DNA of 64,000 nucleotides. It comes from an uncultured Lachnospiraceae bacterium (GTDB lineage Bacteria; Bacillota; Clostridia; Lachnospirales; Lachnospiraceae). Positions 1-9,119 of this stretch are shown one piece after another; position 1 is the stretch's first letter, and every line of letters begins with the position of its first letter. The notes beneath the pieces are model-generated. The model was not told where the DNA came from. It made no database searches and saw nothing but the letters and a program-made list of their open reading frames with translations. Location: contig CASCGD010000003.1 in the NCBI GenBank assembly GCA_949132985.1, positions 1,147 to 65,146 on the forward strand, in the 5' to 3' direction. The translations under genes and the position numbers were made by a program.

Positions 1-111
1 AAAATCAATGAGGAAACAGATTTTACATTTCCTGAGGCGCAGAAAACAAAAAAAGAACTATTTCCCGAGTATGATCTCGAGTATTTATTTGCATCAGATG
101 TGAATGCCTGA
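1..111 (+). CDS. C-terminal end of Cro-like XRE HTH regulator (partial)
   Basis: Frame 1 reads KINEETDFTFPEAQKTKKELFPEYDLEYLFASDVNA*, typical of Firmicute phage Cro C-termini. Confidence 0.7.
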   Translation, partial: KINEETDFTFPEAQKTKKELFPEYDLEYLFASDVNA

Positions 112-186
112 GAAATAGAGCGCAGGGCATTCATTTGAATACAAAGTGCTTATAGAATACAAAAGTAGAAAAAGAGGTGACATGTT

Positions 187-393
187 GTGGAAACTGTAAA
201 GATTACTCCGTGGTTATATGTTATTGGGCTCGTTGCGATTTTGGTCAGCCTTGCAGTGGTCATTTGGAAATCTAGAAAAGAGTTTCCAAGTGACCACGTA
301 CGGCGTGATTTATTTAACATATGGTGGATGTTGGCAATCATATCCGTTCTGACCTTGGTTGACCGGGTGTACATTTATGTATGTCTTCCGTAG
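187..393 (+). CDS. Small two-TM membrane protein
   Basis: GAGGTG RBS, GTG start, two hydrophobic segments. Confidence 0.6.
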   Translation: METVKITPWLYVIGLVAILVSLAVVIWKSRKEFPSDHVRRDLFNIWWMLAIISVLTLVDRVYIYVCLP

Positions 394-1183
394 GCGGTTC
401 ATTGCTATTTGGCGCGGAATCGAGGGCATCGTATATTTTCTCCAATAGTTTTGTTTGCTTCCGCTCTTCGTACATAAGCTCTTTATGCTGGGCTTCATCT
501 TGCTGCATGCGTTCAGCGTGTTGCTGTTTAGATAGGGCAGTGGATGAGTTGTCGGAGACTATGCTTAAAAAAAGCGATAAAATGGCCACTAGTAGACCTA
601 TGACAGCAATAAATGTATCGTGATTAGTTTTATCAACACGAACAATCTGCTCAGAGTTTGACGGTGGAAGCTCTATTGAGTCATCCATATCAGAAAACAT
701 TTTTGCAACAGGCTCGGGCAGATCAATATAGCCACCTGATTCTAGATCGGAGGATATAGTTATATTTTCCATGTTGGAGGTAAAAGTGGAGAAAATATTG
801 TCCTGCTTTTGTGTAGCATTGGCGATAATCTGTGAGGATTCATATAAAAGCCGAGCGGGAAGGTTGATATTTTCGCAGGCCAGAGAAATTCCTTCTGTGA
901 GTGCAGAAAGGCTTTCGGTTTTTATATTATAGCGCTGGATATAATCCAATGAATCAGCAAACTGATCCAGTAAAGCATTAGAAGGTTTAATGTTTTGAAG
1001 GAGATCTGGCCTGTCGTAAAGAGGGTTGGAAGCTGCAGCCAGAGCTTGCTCTAGGAGAAGTGAGCTAGGATTTTCTGCTTGAAGCGATTCGGCGAATGCT
1101 GATCGCACTTGGTTGGAATTAACAAGGTCAATCGCTGGTTGTAATGAAGCAACAAGTTCTGCTATGTAGCTGATATTTTTCAT
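338..1183 (-). CDS. Hypothetical single-TM/coiled-coil protein, antisense to lytic genes
   Basis: 281-aa ORF, AGGAGG RBS, TM segment TFIAVIGLLVAILSLFLSIV. Confidence 0.7.
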   Translation of the reverse strand: MKNISYIAELVASLQPAIDLVNSNQVRSAFAESLQAENPSSLLLEQALAAASNPLYDRPDLLQNIKPSNALLDQFADSLDYIQRYNIKTESLSALTEGISLACENINLPARLLYESSQIIANATQKQDNIFSTFTSNMENITISSDLESGGYIDLPEPVAKMFSDMDDSIELPPSNSEQIVRVDKTNHDTFIAVIGLLVAILSLFLSIVSDNSSTALSKQQHAERMQQDEAQHKELMYEERKQTKLLEKIYDALDSAPNSNEPPTEDIHKCTPGQPRSERI

Positions 1184-1416
1184 CAGGGGCGCTCCTCCTA
1201 AAAATAATTTATGAAAAATTTTACGATATTCTGTAAAAAATTACAATGTATTTTAGAAAAATTTTATTTATTTTTTAGATTGGGGGGGGCGGAAGATTCA
1301 AATGGAAACAAAAGGTTTACTTTTCCTGAATATGAAATGAGTTGTTGGGCATTAGGGTTAAACACTGATAAATTCCTGCATCCCAGAATGCCGGTATAGA
1401 GGGGAGGTGAATAGAA

Positions 1417-1578
1417 GTGACAGAAAACGTTAACAAAGAAATGTTTCTGTACGCAATGGAAAAAGAGGAGAAAACAGGATTTGTAAAAATCCTCCCCATG
1501 AATGGCGACGCAATCACCATCCATGGGGAAAAGGAAGCGATGTTCTTGATGCAGAGGCTTATTGAATGCTTCCTATAA
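1417..1578 (+). CDS. Small hypothetical protein (53 aa)
   Basis: GGAGGTG RBS then GTG; hand-translated, below ORF-track cutoff. Confidence 0.5.
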   Translation: MTENVNKEMFLYAMEKEEKTGFVKILPMNGDAITIHGEKEAMFLMQRLIECFL

Positions 1579-1756
1579 TCGTAATGATTTTGCCGGATCC
1601 GCTTTTAGGAATAGATTTCAGCTTAAATTTGCGCAGGTATTGTCGCAGGGCAAATTTACATTCGGATTCAGTCAGCTTTCGGTATGCATAGGCGCGAAGG
1701 GTAAAATCGCCTATTTTTATGACAGTTACGACATTCGGCGTTGGTAAATCATACAT
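1559..1756 (-). CDS. Small basic hypothetical protein (65 aa, MYDLPTP...)
   Basis: GAAAGGAAG RBS, own promoter TTGCAA-16-TATCCT. Confidence 0.6.
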   Translation of the reverse strand: MYDLPTPNVVTVIKIGDFTLRAYAYRKLTESECKFALRQYLRKFKLKSIPKSGSGKIITIIGSIQ

Positions 1757-1900
1757 TTTATGCATCTTCCTTTCTGCGGTTGGATCTGGCGGGAGTCTGT
1801 AAAGAAAGGATAGCACAAAAACTACGATTTGCAAAGCATCAGAAATCACACCGGATAGGTTTATACGCTCTGATGCCGGTATAGAGAGGAGGTGAATAAC

Positions 1901-2095
1901 GTGGTTGTAAAAAGAATGCCAGACGGAGTATGCAGTTCTTTGAGTTTGGTTGGAAAAGAGCATTTATCAGATGTGCTGATCGAATGGTTAAGAAGTCAGA
2001 ATTTATCCGTGCGCCAAGCAAGGGATCTCTTAAAAGATACTGAAAAGATGATCGAAAATGCTTGGCGCACGGAAGAAAGCAAAATTAGCCTCTAG
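1901..2095 (+). CDS. Small hypothetical protein
   Basis: AGGAGGTG RBS, GTG start. Confidence 0.55.
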   Translation: MVVKRMPDGVCSSLSLVGKEHLSDVLIEWLRSQNLSVRQARDLLKDTEKMIENAWRTEESKISL

Positions 2096-2261
2096 GATAA
2101 TGCGATAGTTGCTCTCTGATGTTTTCCAAGGCAAAGCGATAGTCATATGCAAAGCTATAGAGTTCTTCTTTTGTAGGTATCTCGCGTTCGGGTTGTTTAC
2201 GTGATAATCGCGCCTGTGCATAAGCAATAGCTAATTGTTGGTACAGTGTTTGTGATTCCAT
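2085..2261 (-). CDS. Small hypothetical protein (58 aa, MESQTLYQQLAIAYAQ...)
   Basis: GAAAGGAG RBS, extended -10 TGcTATCCT upstream; hand-translated. Confidence 0.6.
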   Translation of the reverse strand: MESQTLYQQLAIAYAQARLSRKQPEREIPTKEELYSFAYDYRFALENIREQLSHYPRG

Positions 2262-2388
2262 AGGAAAACTCCTTTCTTTTGTAATCGGCTCTGGCGGAGC
2301 CTGTAAAAAAAGGATAGCACAGATACCAGAAGATGGGAAGAAATTTTTGTACCTTCGGGTGCCAGTATAGAGGGGAGGTGAAAAGAAA

Positions 2389-2604
2389 GTGAGGGAACAA
2401 GAACAGGAAAATTATAAAGAGCTTATTGAAACCACTGAAAGCATTGCCGTTAAATACGCGAATATGGTAGAAGATCGTATTGACGACGTAAAGAATGGCT
2501 TAACGGGCGTTGATTTGAAAGATGTTTATGAATGCATCCAGATATTGGGGCACATCGTTGCAACGCTGGAAAGACTCAGCCGCATGAGAGATTTAGTTGA
2601 TTGA
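2389..2604 (+). CDS. Small helical hypothetical protein
   Basis: GGAGGTG RBS, 71 aa. Confidence 0.6.
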   Translation: MREQEQENYKELIETTESIAVKYANMVEDRIDDVKNGLTGVDLKDVYECIQILGHIVATLERLSRMRDLVD

Positions 2605-2630
2605 TGCGGCTGAATCATACCAGAGACGCA

Positions 2631-2855
2631 TTAGTAACAGCGTTCCCATTCACTCAGGTCGGTTGGCGCATCATCGATTTGACCGTCAAGTCGATCCCAG
2701 TCATAGCAACCCGTGCAGTGCAAATAAACGTTGTCGGCTTCTGCTTGCGGCGAACTGCAGGATTCCCAAACGGTGTCATCGTAGAGGAAGCCATAGCGAC
2801 CATCATCCAGGCGTTTAATGTATAGGGTGCCTATTGGGCTTTCATATTTCCACAT
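2631..2855 (-). CDS. Small acidic hypothetical protein (MWKYESPIG...)
   Basis: AAAGGAG RBS, promoter TTGCCA-17-TATTCT. Confidence 0.65.
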   Translation of the reverse strand: MWKYESPIGTLYIKRLDDGRYGFLYDDTVWESCSSPQAEADNVYLHCTGCYDWDRLDGQIDDAPTDLSEWERCY

Positions 2856-3140
2856 ATGATAAACAGCTCCTTTCTTTCAAGTTCGGCTCTGGCGGGAGCC
2901 TGTAAGCATAGAATAGGGTGAATGGCAGGAGATGGCAATAGAAAACTGAAAAAATTCACAAAATGAAAAGTTTTTAAGAAAAAACGTATAAATCTTTTCG
3001 ATTTGTGAATTTCAAATTGAAATCAGGAAGGGGTGAAGTGAATCATTGGATTTTCGGAAAAACTGGAAAGCCTGATGGAAGAGCTGGATATCCAAAGCTT
3101 GCGGAATTAACGAGTGTTGGCATAGAGGGGAGGTAGATGC

Positions 3141-3329
3141 ATGACATATGCAAAAAAGGTGATGCGTCTGACAGAACTTGAAAAAGATGGTTTTCCAAAG
3201 GAATATTTAATGCGCGCATACCGTTCGAAAGGACAGACATTTGCGCGAAAAATAAATCCTGCAGCTCGCAACTCACCTATTATTTTTGACACAGAGGAAT
3301 TTGACAAATGGAGGATAAAAAACGCATGA
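3141..3329 (+). CDS. Excisionase-like winged-helix DNA-binding protein
   Basis: 62 aa; MRLTELEKDGF...PIIFDTEEFDKW pattern; early-operon position. Confidence 0.55.
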   Translation: MTYAKKVMRLTELEKDGFPKEYLMRAYRSKGQTFARKINPAARNSPIIFDTEEFDKWRIKNA

Positions 3330-3541
3330 GCAATCATCTATTTGACAACCTGAAAAAGGAAAGCACCTATGCATTGCAAAGCAAAAGCCGGGATCTGGTG
3401 TATGAGACATACGGCTCCGCGAAAATGGCATGTGCGCTGGGCGTGATCAGTAAAGATCAGTTTATGGAAATCAACCACATGCTGATCAAAGAGGGAATCA
3501 ACAATCCACAGTGGCGGCAGGAGGCAGAAAAAGACCGGTAA
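3326..3541 (+). CDS. Hypothetical phage protein
   Basis: ATGA overlap with the previous gene. Confidence 0.65.
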   Translation: MSNHLFDNLKKESTYALQSKSRDLVYETYGSAKMACALGVISKDQFMEINHMLIKEGINNPQWRQEAEKDR

Positions 3542-3622
3542 CAATTAACGTTCGTATTTGAGTAGCGTTACAAACATAGTTCACACAATCACGGCGGCAC
3601 CTGCCGCCGGAAAGGAGGTACT

Positions 3623-3931
3623 ATGCTTACGGCGGAGCAGATCAGGAAAAAAATTTATAAATGCGCGGAAGCATTTGAAGAACATTACCGCGCAGGCGAA
3701 TATTCTCTCGCGAAATATGATTACGATACCGCAAGCACAATGGCGGTATTCATGGAGCTTCCCCCGGAGGATATGTATGAATTATTCCAAAACCATAACC
3801 CGGACGATGACGCCGATCCGGTCTGGGGCCGTTTCAACCTAGATAAAGCGCGTGAGTGTTATCTCTGGTGCATCCGGAAGAACCGCACGAATGAGGTTAT
3901 GCCGTTCCATCTTCCACGCGCGCCATTGTGA
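3623..3931 (+). CDS. Hypothetical phage protein
   Basis: AAAGGAGGT RBS, 102 aa. Confidence 0.7.
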   Translation: MLTAEQIRKKIYKCAEAFEEHYRAGEYSLAKYDYDTASTMAVFMELPPEDMYELFQNHNPDDDADPVWGRFNLDKARECYLWCIRKNRTNEVMPFHLPRAPL

Positions 3932-3951
3932 CGCATCTGACAACAAAAAAA

Positions 3952-3979
3952 CACCTGCAGGGCGGTCATCCTGCAGGTG
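3952..3979. other. 10-bp perfect stem-loop upstream of rep (possible origin element or minus-strand terminator)
   Basis: CACCTGCAGG-gcggtcat-CCTGCAGGTG preceded by an A-run. Confidence 0.5.
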
Positions 3980-4111
3980 CAGACATATCAGATATGCCTT
4001 GTTCATTACACATAAATCATAACATGGCATCCCTGAAAAGTCAAGGAAAACCAAGGGTTTAAAGGCCCTTTTACAACAATCTTCACAGTATTAAAGTTAG
4101 GATAGAGTGTC

Positions 4112-4939
4112 ATGTATGAAATGAAATATTACGAGTTTCACGACTCGGTTGAATACGAATATAGGTTCGCCGGCAGATATGGGGCGAAGGGGGAGAAGCG
4201 GGCAAAAAGAAAGAAGGCCACCCCGGAACAGGTGAGGCGACAGAACCAGTGGAACAAGGAAGCGATGGTGCGGCGGCTCATAAAACGGAATTTCCGCCCG
4301 GGGGATCTCTGGATGACCCTGAAATACCCAAAGGGGACTAGGGAATCATTTGGGGAAGTGAAAGATGACATGGGCTGCTTCCTGCGGGAGATGCGCAAGG
4401 AGTACAAAAGGCGCGGCCAGCCCTTAAAGTGGATCAACCGCATCGAGATTGGGGAACGCGGGGGTATCCATATGCATATTATAGTCAGCCGTCTGGACGG
4501 GGAACCGGGCACGGACATCGTGGCGCAGCGGATTTGGGAGCAGATAGCCGGAGGCCGCATTAATTACAGCAACCTCTATGCAGCTGGGGGGTATAAAAAT
4601 TTAGCCAGGTATATCACCAAGCCCCCGAATGAAGAGCAGGAGAAGCAGCTGTCTTTTTTTGACCCATCAGAGCGCAGGCAGATGATCCGGTACTCTTCCT
4701 CCCGCAACCTGGTCCGCCCGCAGCCCCAGAAAAAGAAAAGCCATTGGCGGACCATGCGCCGGATGATCAAGGACGGCATCAGGCCGCGCCCAGGCTACTA
4801 CATCGACCCGGAATCTGTCTACTACGGCATCAACCCGTTTAATGGGACAACCTACCTCAAGTATACCGAGTGCAGGCTCGGGACAAAAGACGGCACGGCA
4901 GAGCCAATTAAGCCAGAATGGGAGGAGTGGAGCGGATGA
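4112..4939 (+). CDS. HUH-endonuclease rolling-circle-type replication initiator
   Basis: Motif I MTLKY, motif II GIHMHIIV, motif III LARYITK. Confidence 0.8.
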   Translation: MYEMKYYEFHDSVEYEYRFAGRYGAKGEKRAKRKKATPEQVRRQNQWNKEAMVRRLIKRNFRPGDLWMTLKYPKGTRESFGEVKDDMGCFLREMRKEYKRRGQPLKWINRIEIGERGGIHMHIIVSRLDGEPGTDIVAQRIWEQIAGGRINYSNLYAAGGYKNLARYITKPPNEEQEKQLSFFDPSERRQMIRYSSSRNLVRPQPQKKKSHWRTMRRMIKDGIRPRPGYYIDPESVYYGINPFNGTTYLKYTECRLGTKDGTAEPIKPEWEEWSG

Positions 4940-5370
4940 TAACGGATATCTACATACAGTCGAGCATCCGGAGCATGGAGCGGCGCGACGGCATTGTAGG
5001 GTTTGTGGTCGAGCGCCAGACGGATGTGCCAGAGACATTTACGCAGTTTGGCCGCGTCCTCTCCGCAACCAAAAACTGTGCCGACCTCCTGGGCTTAAAA
5101 AACGCACTGATACACACAGCTCCAGAGGACTACCTGCATATCTATCTCGATAACAGCTACGTCACAGCGGCGATCATGCATGACTGGCTCGGGGAGTGGT
5201 GGTTCAACGGCTGGAAAACCGCAAAGGGCAGGCCGATTGCCAACATGGAGGAATGGCAGTCTGTATCGGTGCTCCTGGACGGCAGGAAGCCAGAGATCCA
5301 CTCAGGGACACACCAGTACAAGCGCTGGCTGGAAAGCGAGCTGGCGCGGAGGTCAAAAAAGTATGGATAG
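4936..5370 (+). CDS. RNase H-like protein (acidic catalytic residues look partly lost)
   Basis: LHIYLDNSYV...W...NGWKTAKGRPIANMEEW matches the RNase HI basic-protrusion region. Confidence 0.75.
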   Translation: MITDIYIQSSIRSMERRDGIVGFVVERQTDVPETFTQFGRVLSATKNCADLLGLKNALIHTAPEDYLHIYLDNSYVTAAIMHDWLGEWWFNGWKTAKGRPIANMEEWQSVSVLLDGRKPEIHSGTHQYKRWLESELARRSKKYG

Positions 5371-5570
5371 GACAGCACGGACAATCAAAAGCATTGCCCG
5401 TGCCCCGCCAGAAAGCCCGAAAAGACAGAATGGGAAGCTGTTTTCCGGCGTGGACAGTGCGGACAGCAGGAAAAAATGTGGATAACTGCAAAAAAGCCCA
5501 TAAAGACAAAATGAAGGTGCATTTTGCGGAGGGAAGAAAAAAGACAATCAGGGACAAAAAGGAGGCTGAA

Positions 5571-6062
5571 ATGAAGGGACGAAAAGCAAATATCCGTCTG
5601 GACACATTTGCGGGCGGCGCTCTGGCCGAGAAGGTAGATGAAGCAGTCATGCAGGTTGTCGAGAATATACAGAACCCGAACACGGAAGCAAAGATCAAGC
5701 GCAGAATCAGCATTGTGATTGACTTCGCGCCGAGCAAAACCCGCCAGGTGGCCAGCACGAAAATTTCCGTCACGACGAAGCTTGCGCCCACGGAAGCGAT
5801 CGACACGCAGGTATTAATGGGCGTAGATATGCGGACGGGGGAACTCGGGATACAGGAGATCGGCGAGCAGATCAGCGGGCAGATGAACCTTGCAGATTTT
5901 GACCATGCAGAGGAAAAGCCGCAGGAGGCAACAGGAGGCGGAAAACCGCTGGACTTGAGAAACAGGGGTCCTGTGGCCGGAAAAGATGTTGATCCCGAGA
6001 CAGGGGAAGTACTTATGGAAGAGCAGAAAATTGTAGATATCGGCCAGAGGGCCGTACAGTAA
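5571..6062 (+). CDS. Conserved phage early protein
   Basis: AGGAGG RBS; FAGGALAEKVD...NIQNPNT...R.I.I motif. Confidence 0.7.
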   Translation: MKGRKANIRLDTFAGGALAEKVDEAVMQVVENIQNPNTEAKIKRRISIVIDFAPSKTRQVASTKISVTTKLAPTEAIDTQVLMGVDMRTGELGIQEIGEQISGQMNLADFDHAEEKPQEATGGGKPLDLRNRGPVAGKDVDPETGEVLMEEQKIVDIGQRAVQ

Positions 6063-6074
6063 AGGAGGAAAACC

Positions 6075-6818
6075 ATGGAAGATTTGAGAGATGCATTGGA
6101 ATACATCGCCGAACTGGCAGTTGGGGCACAAAAACCGGAGCAGATCGAGATTAACGGGCGGACTTATTGCACAAAGAGCCTCACCCGCTACGACCGCCCG
6201 GACATGGCCGAGCCGATCAAGGCAACGACCCTCACGTCCCTTGTGGATTATATCAAAGAGAGCCGGGAAGAGCTGCGCGAGCGCATGATCATCCAGATCA
6301 CGGACCCGACGGAGGTTCTGTTATATTCCGGCCTTACGCCAGAGCGCGACCGGGAAATGCTCTTCAAGGTAAATGCGCTGCTTCCGCGTTTTGACTTCGG
6401 CACGGAATATGGCCAGGAGAATTTTCTGATCGCGCTGCAGTCGTGTTTTGAAAGGAATGATGACAGGGATACTGTCTCGCTGTTCGCGGGCAACGTCGTC
6501 GACACGCAGGAGGCTGCCTACTCCGACGACGGTGTATCACAGCAGGCAGTCATGAAAACCGGAGTGGCGAACAAAGAAAACGTGCTTGTGCCGAACCCGG
6601 TACATCTGATCCCGTACCGCACGTTTCTCGAGGTGGAGCAGCCGGGCAGCGATTTTATCTTCCGGGCAGGCAAAGGGCGCGACGATACGCCGACGTTTAA
6701 GCTCGTGTCGGCAGACGGCGGGCTTTGGAAATCGCAGGCGCTTGACAACGTGAAAACCTATCTCACAGAGGCGCTGAAGGATATCCCGAACCGGGAGCAG
6801 ATCACGATTATTGCATAA
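6075..6818 (+). CDS. Conserved phage early protein
   Basis: DDGVSQ, PNPVHLIPYRTFLEVEQP, ADGGLWK motifs. Confidence 0.75.
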   Translation: MEDLRDALEYIAELAVGAQKPEQIEINGRTYCTKSLTRYDRPDMAEPIKATTLTSLVDYIKESREELRERMIIQITDPTEVLLYSGLTPERDREMLFKVNALLPRFDFGTEYGQENFLIALQSCFERNDDRDTVSLFAGNVVDTQEAAYSDDGVSQQAVMKTGVANKENVLVPNPVHLIPYRTFLEVEQPGSDFIFRAGKGRDDTPTFKLVSADGGLWKSQALDNVKTYLTEALKDIPNREQITIIA

Positions 6819-6860
6819 CAGCCGCGGGAGGGGCATTCCTCCCGCTATAAGGAGAACGGC

Positions 6861-7193
6861 ATGAAATCAAAACGTACGAAGGCGTGCGATTTCTCACAGA
6901 AAGAGCGCGACCGGATCAAAGAGCGTGACGGAGGCTGCATTTTCTGCCGGATGCGCTACCGCATGGAAAAAGCAGACAGCTACAATACATCCACCAGGGA
7001 GATCATGCACTACATCCCGCGCTCGCAGGGTGGCCTCGGAATTGGAAGAAATGCAGCGGTCGGCTGCAGGTATCATCACAAGATGATGGACGAGGGGGAG
7101 CACCGGGATGAAATGCGGGGGCTGATGAAGAAATACCTACAGTCCATGTACCGGGGATGGGATGAGCGGGAGCTTGTCTACCGGAAAGAGTGA
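6861..7193 (+). CDS. HNH/NinG-like endonuclease
   Basis: RD..CIFC...HYIPRSQGGLG...N...C..HH. Confidence 0.75.
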   Translation: MKSKRTKACDFSQKERDRIKERDGGCIFCRMRYRMEKADSYNTSTREIMHYIPRSQGGLGIGRNAAVGCRYHHKMMDEGEHRDEMRGLMKKYLQSMYRGWDERELVYRKE

Positions 7194-7209
7194 GACAGGA
7201 GGATGAGCC

Positions 7210-7425
7210 ATGGAAAGAAAGTATAGGAAAGCGGTTACGATCGTGGCGCTGGTTGCGCTGCTGTCGATCGTGGCGATTTGTGCAGGGCTGGTAGTAACAG
7301 TCTGGTATGTGGAGATTGGGACGGGAATTTCCATAGCGGGCATGGCAGCGCTTATTGGATGCTCATGGGCACGCAACATTATTGAAAGCGCGTGGGACGA
7401 AATTGGGGAGCGGGGCAAAGACTAA
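7210..7425 (+). CDS. Small two-TM membrane protein
   Basis: AGGAGG RBS, hydrophobic. Confidence 0.6.
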   Translation: MERKYRKAVTIVALVALLSIVAICAGLVVTVWYVEIGTGISIAGMAALIGCSWARNIIESAWDEIGERGKD

Positions 7426-7556
7426 GAGCGGAAGCGAATGTACGTTGACAATTGAATATTGGCGGTTGGCGCAAGGAAATAAAGGCTTTGATGTAGAAAG
7501 ATGTTGATTATTGTATAAAAAAGTAATATCATGTAACCATAGATGCATGAGGGGGC

Positions 7557-8525
7557 ATGATTCAGTACATGATACGTCAAAACTGGTTAAAATATGCGAA
7601 TATCGTAATTCCGTTTTTGGGGCCAATTGCTTTTGAATTTAGCAATAGTGTTACAGGTGAATGGTTAAATGCGCAGAAAAAGCTAAATTTGTCTACAGGG
7701 AAAATTATAACTTTGCTCATAGGAGTGGCATATATTGTTGTAATGATATGCTTGCTATGGTATGATGAGAAAAAGAAACGGTATGCGGATAATTTGCAAA
7801 TGCAGTTAGATGAATTGCAGAAAAGGACAAAGGTTTACGAACATTCGAACGAGACATTGCGCATATTGTTAGCGTATTTGGAGGATAAGATTAAAGCACA
7901 GATTGATTATCTGAGAGAGCATGGTAAAATTGATGTAAGGGATCTAAACATTAATTCCGCGTCTGCAAACATTGCAAGAATAATCTATAAGATTATATCT
8001 GATAATAGCACGGATATTAAATTGTCGGTAAATATTTATGATCGGACAATCGAATCGGGTCCAGAATATACGACAATGATAGCGCATGAAGGCCATGTTT
8101 CTCAGCCAAGTGCATTTGGGGTTCCGAAGGTTTTGAGTCCAGACAAAAGCAATAATAGGTATTGCGAGAAAGTCATATTAAGCAACAAACCAGATTATAG
8201 AATATTGCTTACGAAAGAAGAGGTTGCAAAAGCTTTTAATCAAAGCCTGAATAAATGTAAGTATAATCAATATTTAGGAATACCTATACGAAAATTGGGA
8301 GGTATCAATATTGCGTTAATAGAAATTGTTGCACACGATAAGGCTGTTATATGGAAAACAGAGGATGAGGCCATACAATTCGCGGCAGATTATTGTGAAA
8401 CACTTAAAGAATATATTTTGCTCATCAAGAGAATATATGAGCAAGGGGAAGCGATAGCGCGCAAGATAGGGCAGAGAGGAGGTGTGCAACATGGGAAAAG
8501 CAATGTCGACATTAGTACGTCCTAA
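7557..8525 (+). CDS. AT-rich accessory (moron) protein: TM segments, coiled coil, GAF-like C-terminus
   Basis: AT-rich; own promoter TTGATT-17-TATCAT; YNQYLGIPI...IALIEI strand pattern. Confidence 0.7.
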   Translation: MIQYMIRQNWLKYANIVIPFLGPIAFEFSNSVTGEWLNAQKKLNLSTGKIITLLIGVAYIVVMICLLWYDEKKKRYADNLQMQLDELQKRTKVYEHSNETLRILLAYLEDKIKAQIDYLREHGKIDVRDLNINSASANIARIIYKIISDNSTDIKLSVNIYDRTIESGPEYTTMIAHEGHVSQPSAFGVPKVLSPDKSNNRYCEKVILSNKPDYRILLTKEEVAKAFNQSLNKCKYNQYLGIPIRKLGGINIALIEIVAHDKAVIWKTEDEAIQFAADYCETLKEYILLIKRIYEQGEAIARKIGQRGGVQHGKSNVDISTS

Positions 8526-8649
8526 ATTAAAAACACAAGAGGATTATATCAGGCAAAGAGAAAAGAGTAAAAATGATTTTGAACAATTTGCAGAAAAGAG
8601 GAATAGATTGACCTATATCAATAACGGGAAAGAAAAAAAGCGGATGTAA
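8491..8649 (+). CDS. Small basic protein (52 aa), second moron gene
   Basis: AGGAGGTG RBS; hand-translated MGKAMSTLVRPK... Confidence 0.55.
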   Translation: MGKAMSTLVRPKLKTQEDYIRQREKSKNDFEQFAEKRNRLTYINNGKEKKRM

Positions 8650-8672
8650 GGAAATAATGCTGTAGAGATTGG

Positions 8673-8712
8673 AAAATACCAACCGTCAATATTCGATGGT
8701 TGGTATTTTTTT
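8673..8712 (+). terminator. Intrinsic terminator closing the moron
   Basis: AAAATACCAACCGTC...GATGGTTGGTATTTT plus T-run. Confidence 0.8.
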
Positions 8713-8742
8713 GTCCAAAAACAGGGGAAACGAGGTGATGAG

Positions 8743-9108
8743 ATGGACAAAAAACCAAGTGAAGTGATTACGGATTTCCTGAATTTCCTTGAGACATCAA
8801 AGTGCGAGTATGAATCTGCTTACACCTGCGTCGGGGAAGAGGACCGGAAGGTACAGACCTTTCTCCATGATATCGAATTTGCGTCAAACAAAAATGAGCG
8901 CAACCGTGTCTGCACGAAACTTCAACAGAGCAGGCGGTCCCGGAGGCAGTCAAAAGACCGGGCGAAGCTGTACGGGCATATACACAGCTTCTGTACAGAC
9001 AGCCAGAACCAGAAATTTATAAAGGCGCTGCGGCGCCTGCAAAATGAACAGATCACGGAGGAGAAATATTTGTTCGGCCCCCGTGAATTTAAAAACCGGG
9101 TGGAATAA
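8743..9108 (+). CDS. Hypothetical phage protein
   Basis: 121-aa ORF with GAGGTG RBS. Confidence 0.7.
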   Translation: MDKKPSEVITDFLNFLETSKCEYESAYTCVGEEDRKVQTFLHDIEFASNKNERNRVCTKLQQSRRSRRQSKDRAKLYGHIHSFCTDSQNQKFIKALRRLQNEQITEEKYLFGPREFKNRVE

Positions 9109-9119
9109 GGAGGGACAAC

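Larger units (their letters stand above)
1389..3136. repeat. Interspersed motif A (TGCCGGTATAGAGGGGAGGTGA; 1389, 1874, 2360, degenerate at 3115) and motif B (CGGCTCTGGCGGGAGCCTGTAA; ~1782, 2286, 2884)
   Basis: Direct comparison of the copies. Confidence 0.85.

Noticed and set aside
1282-1289. G8 tract as another phase-variation switch
   Set aside because: No MCK leader or hairpin context; followed only by a 12-codon ORF
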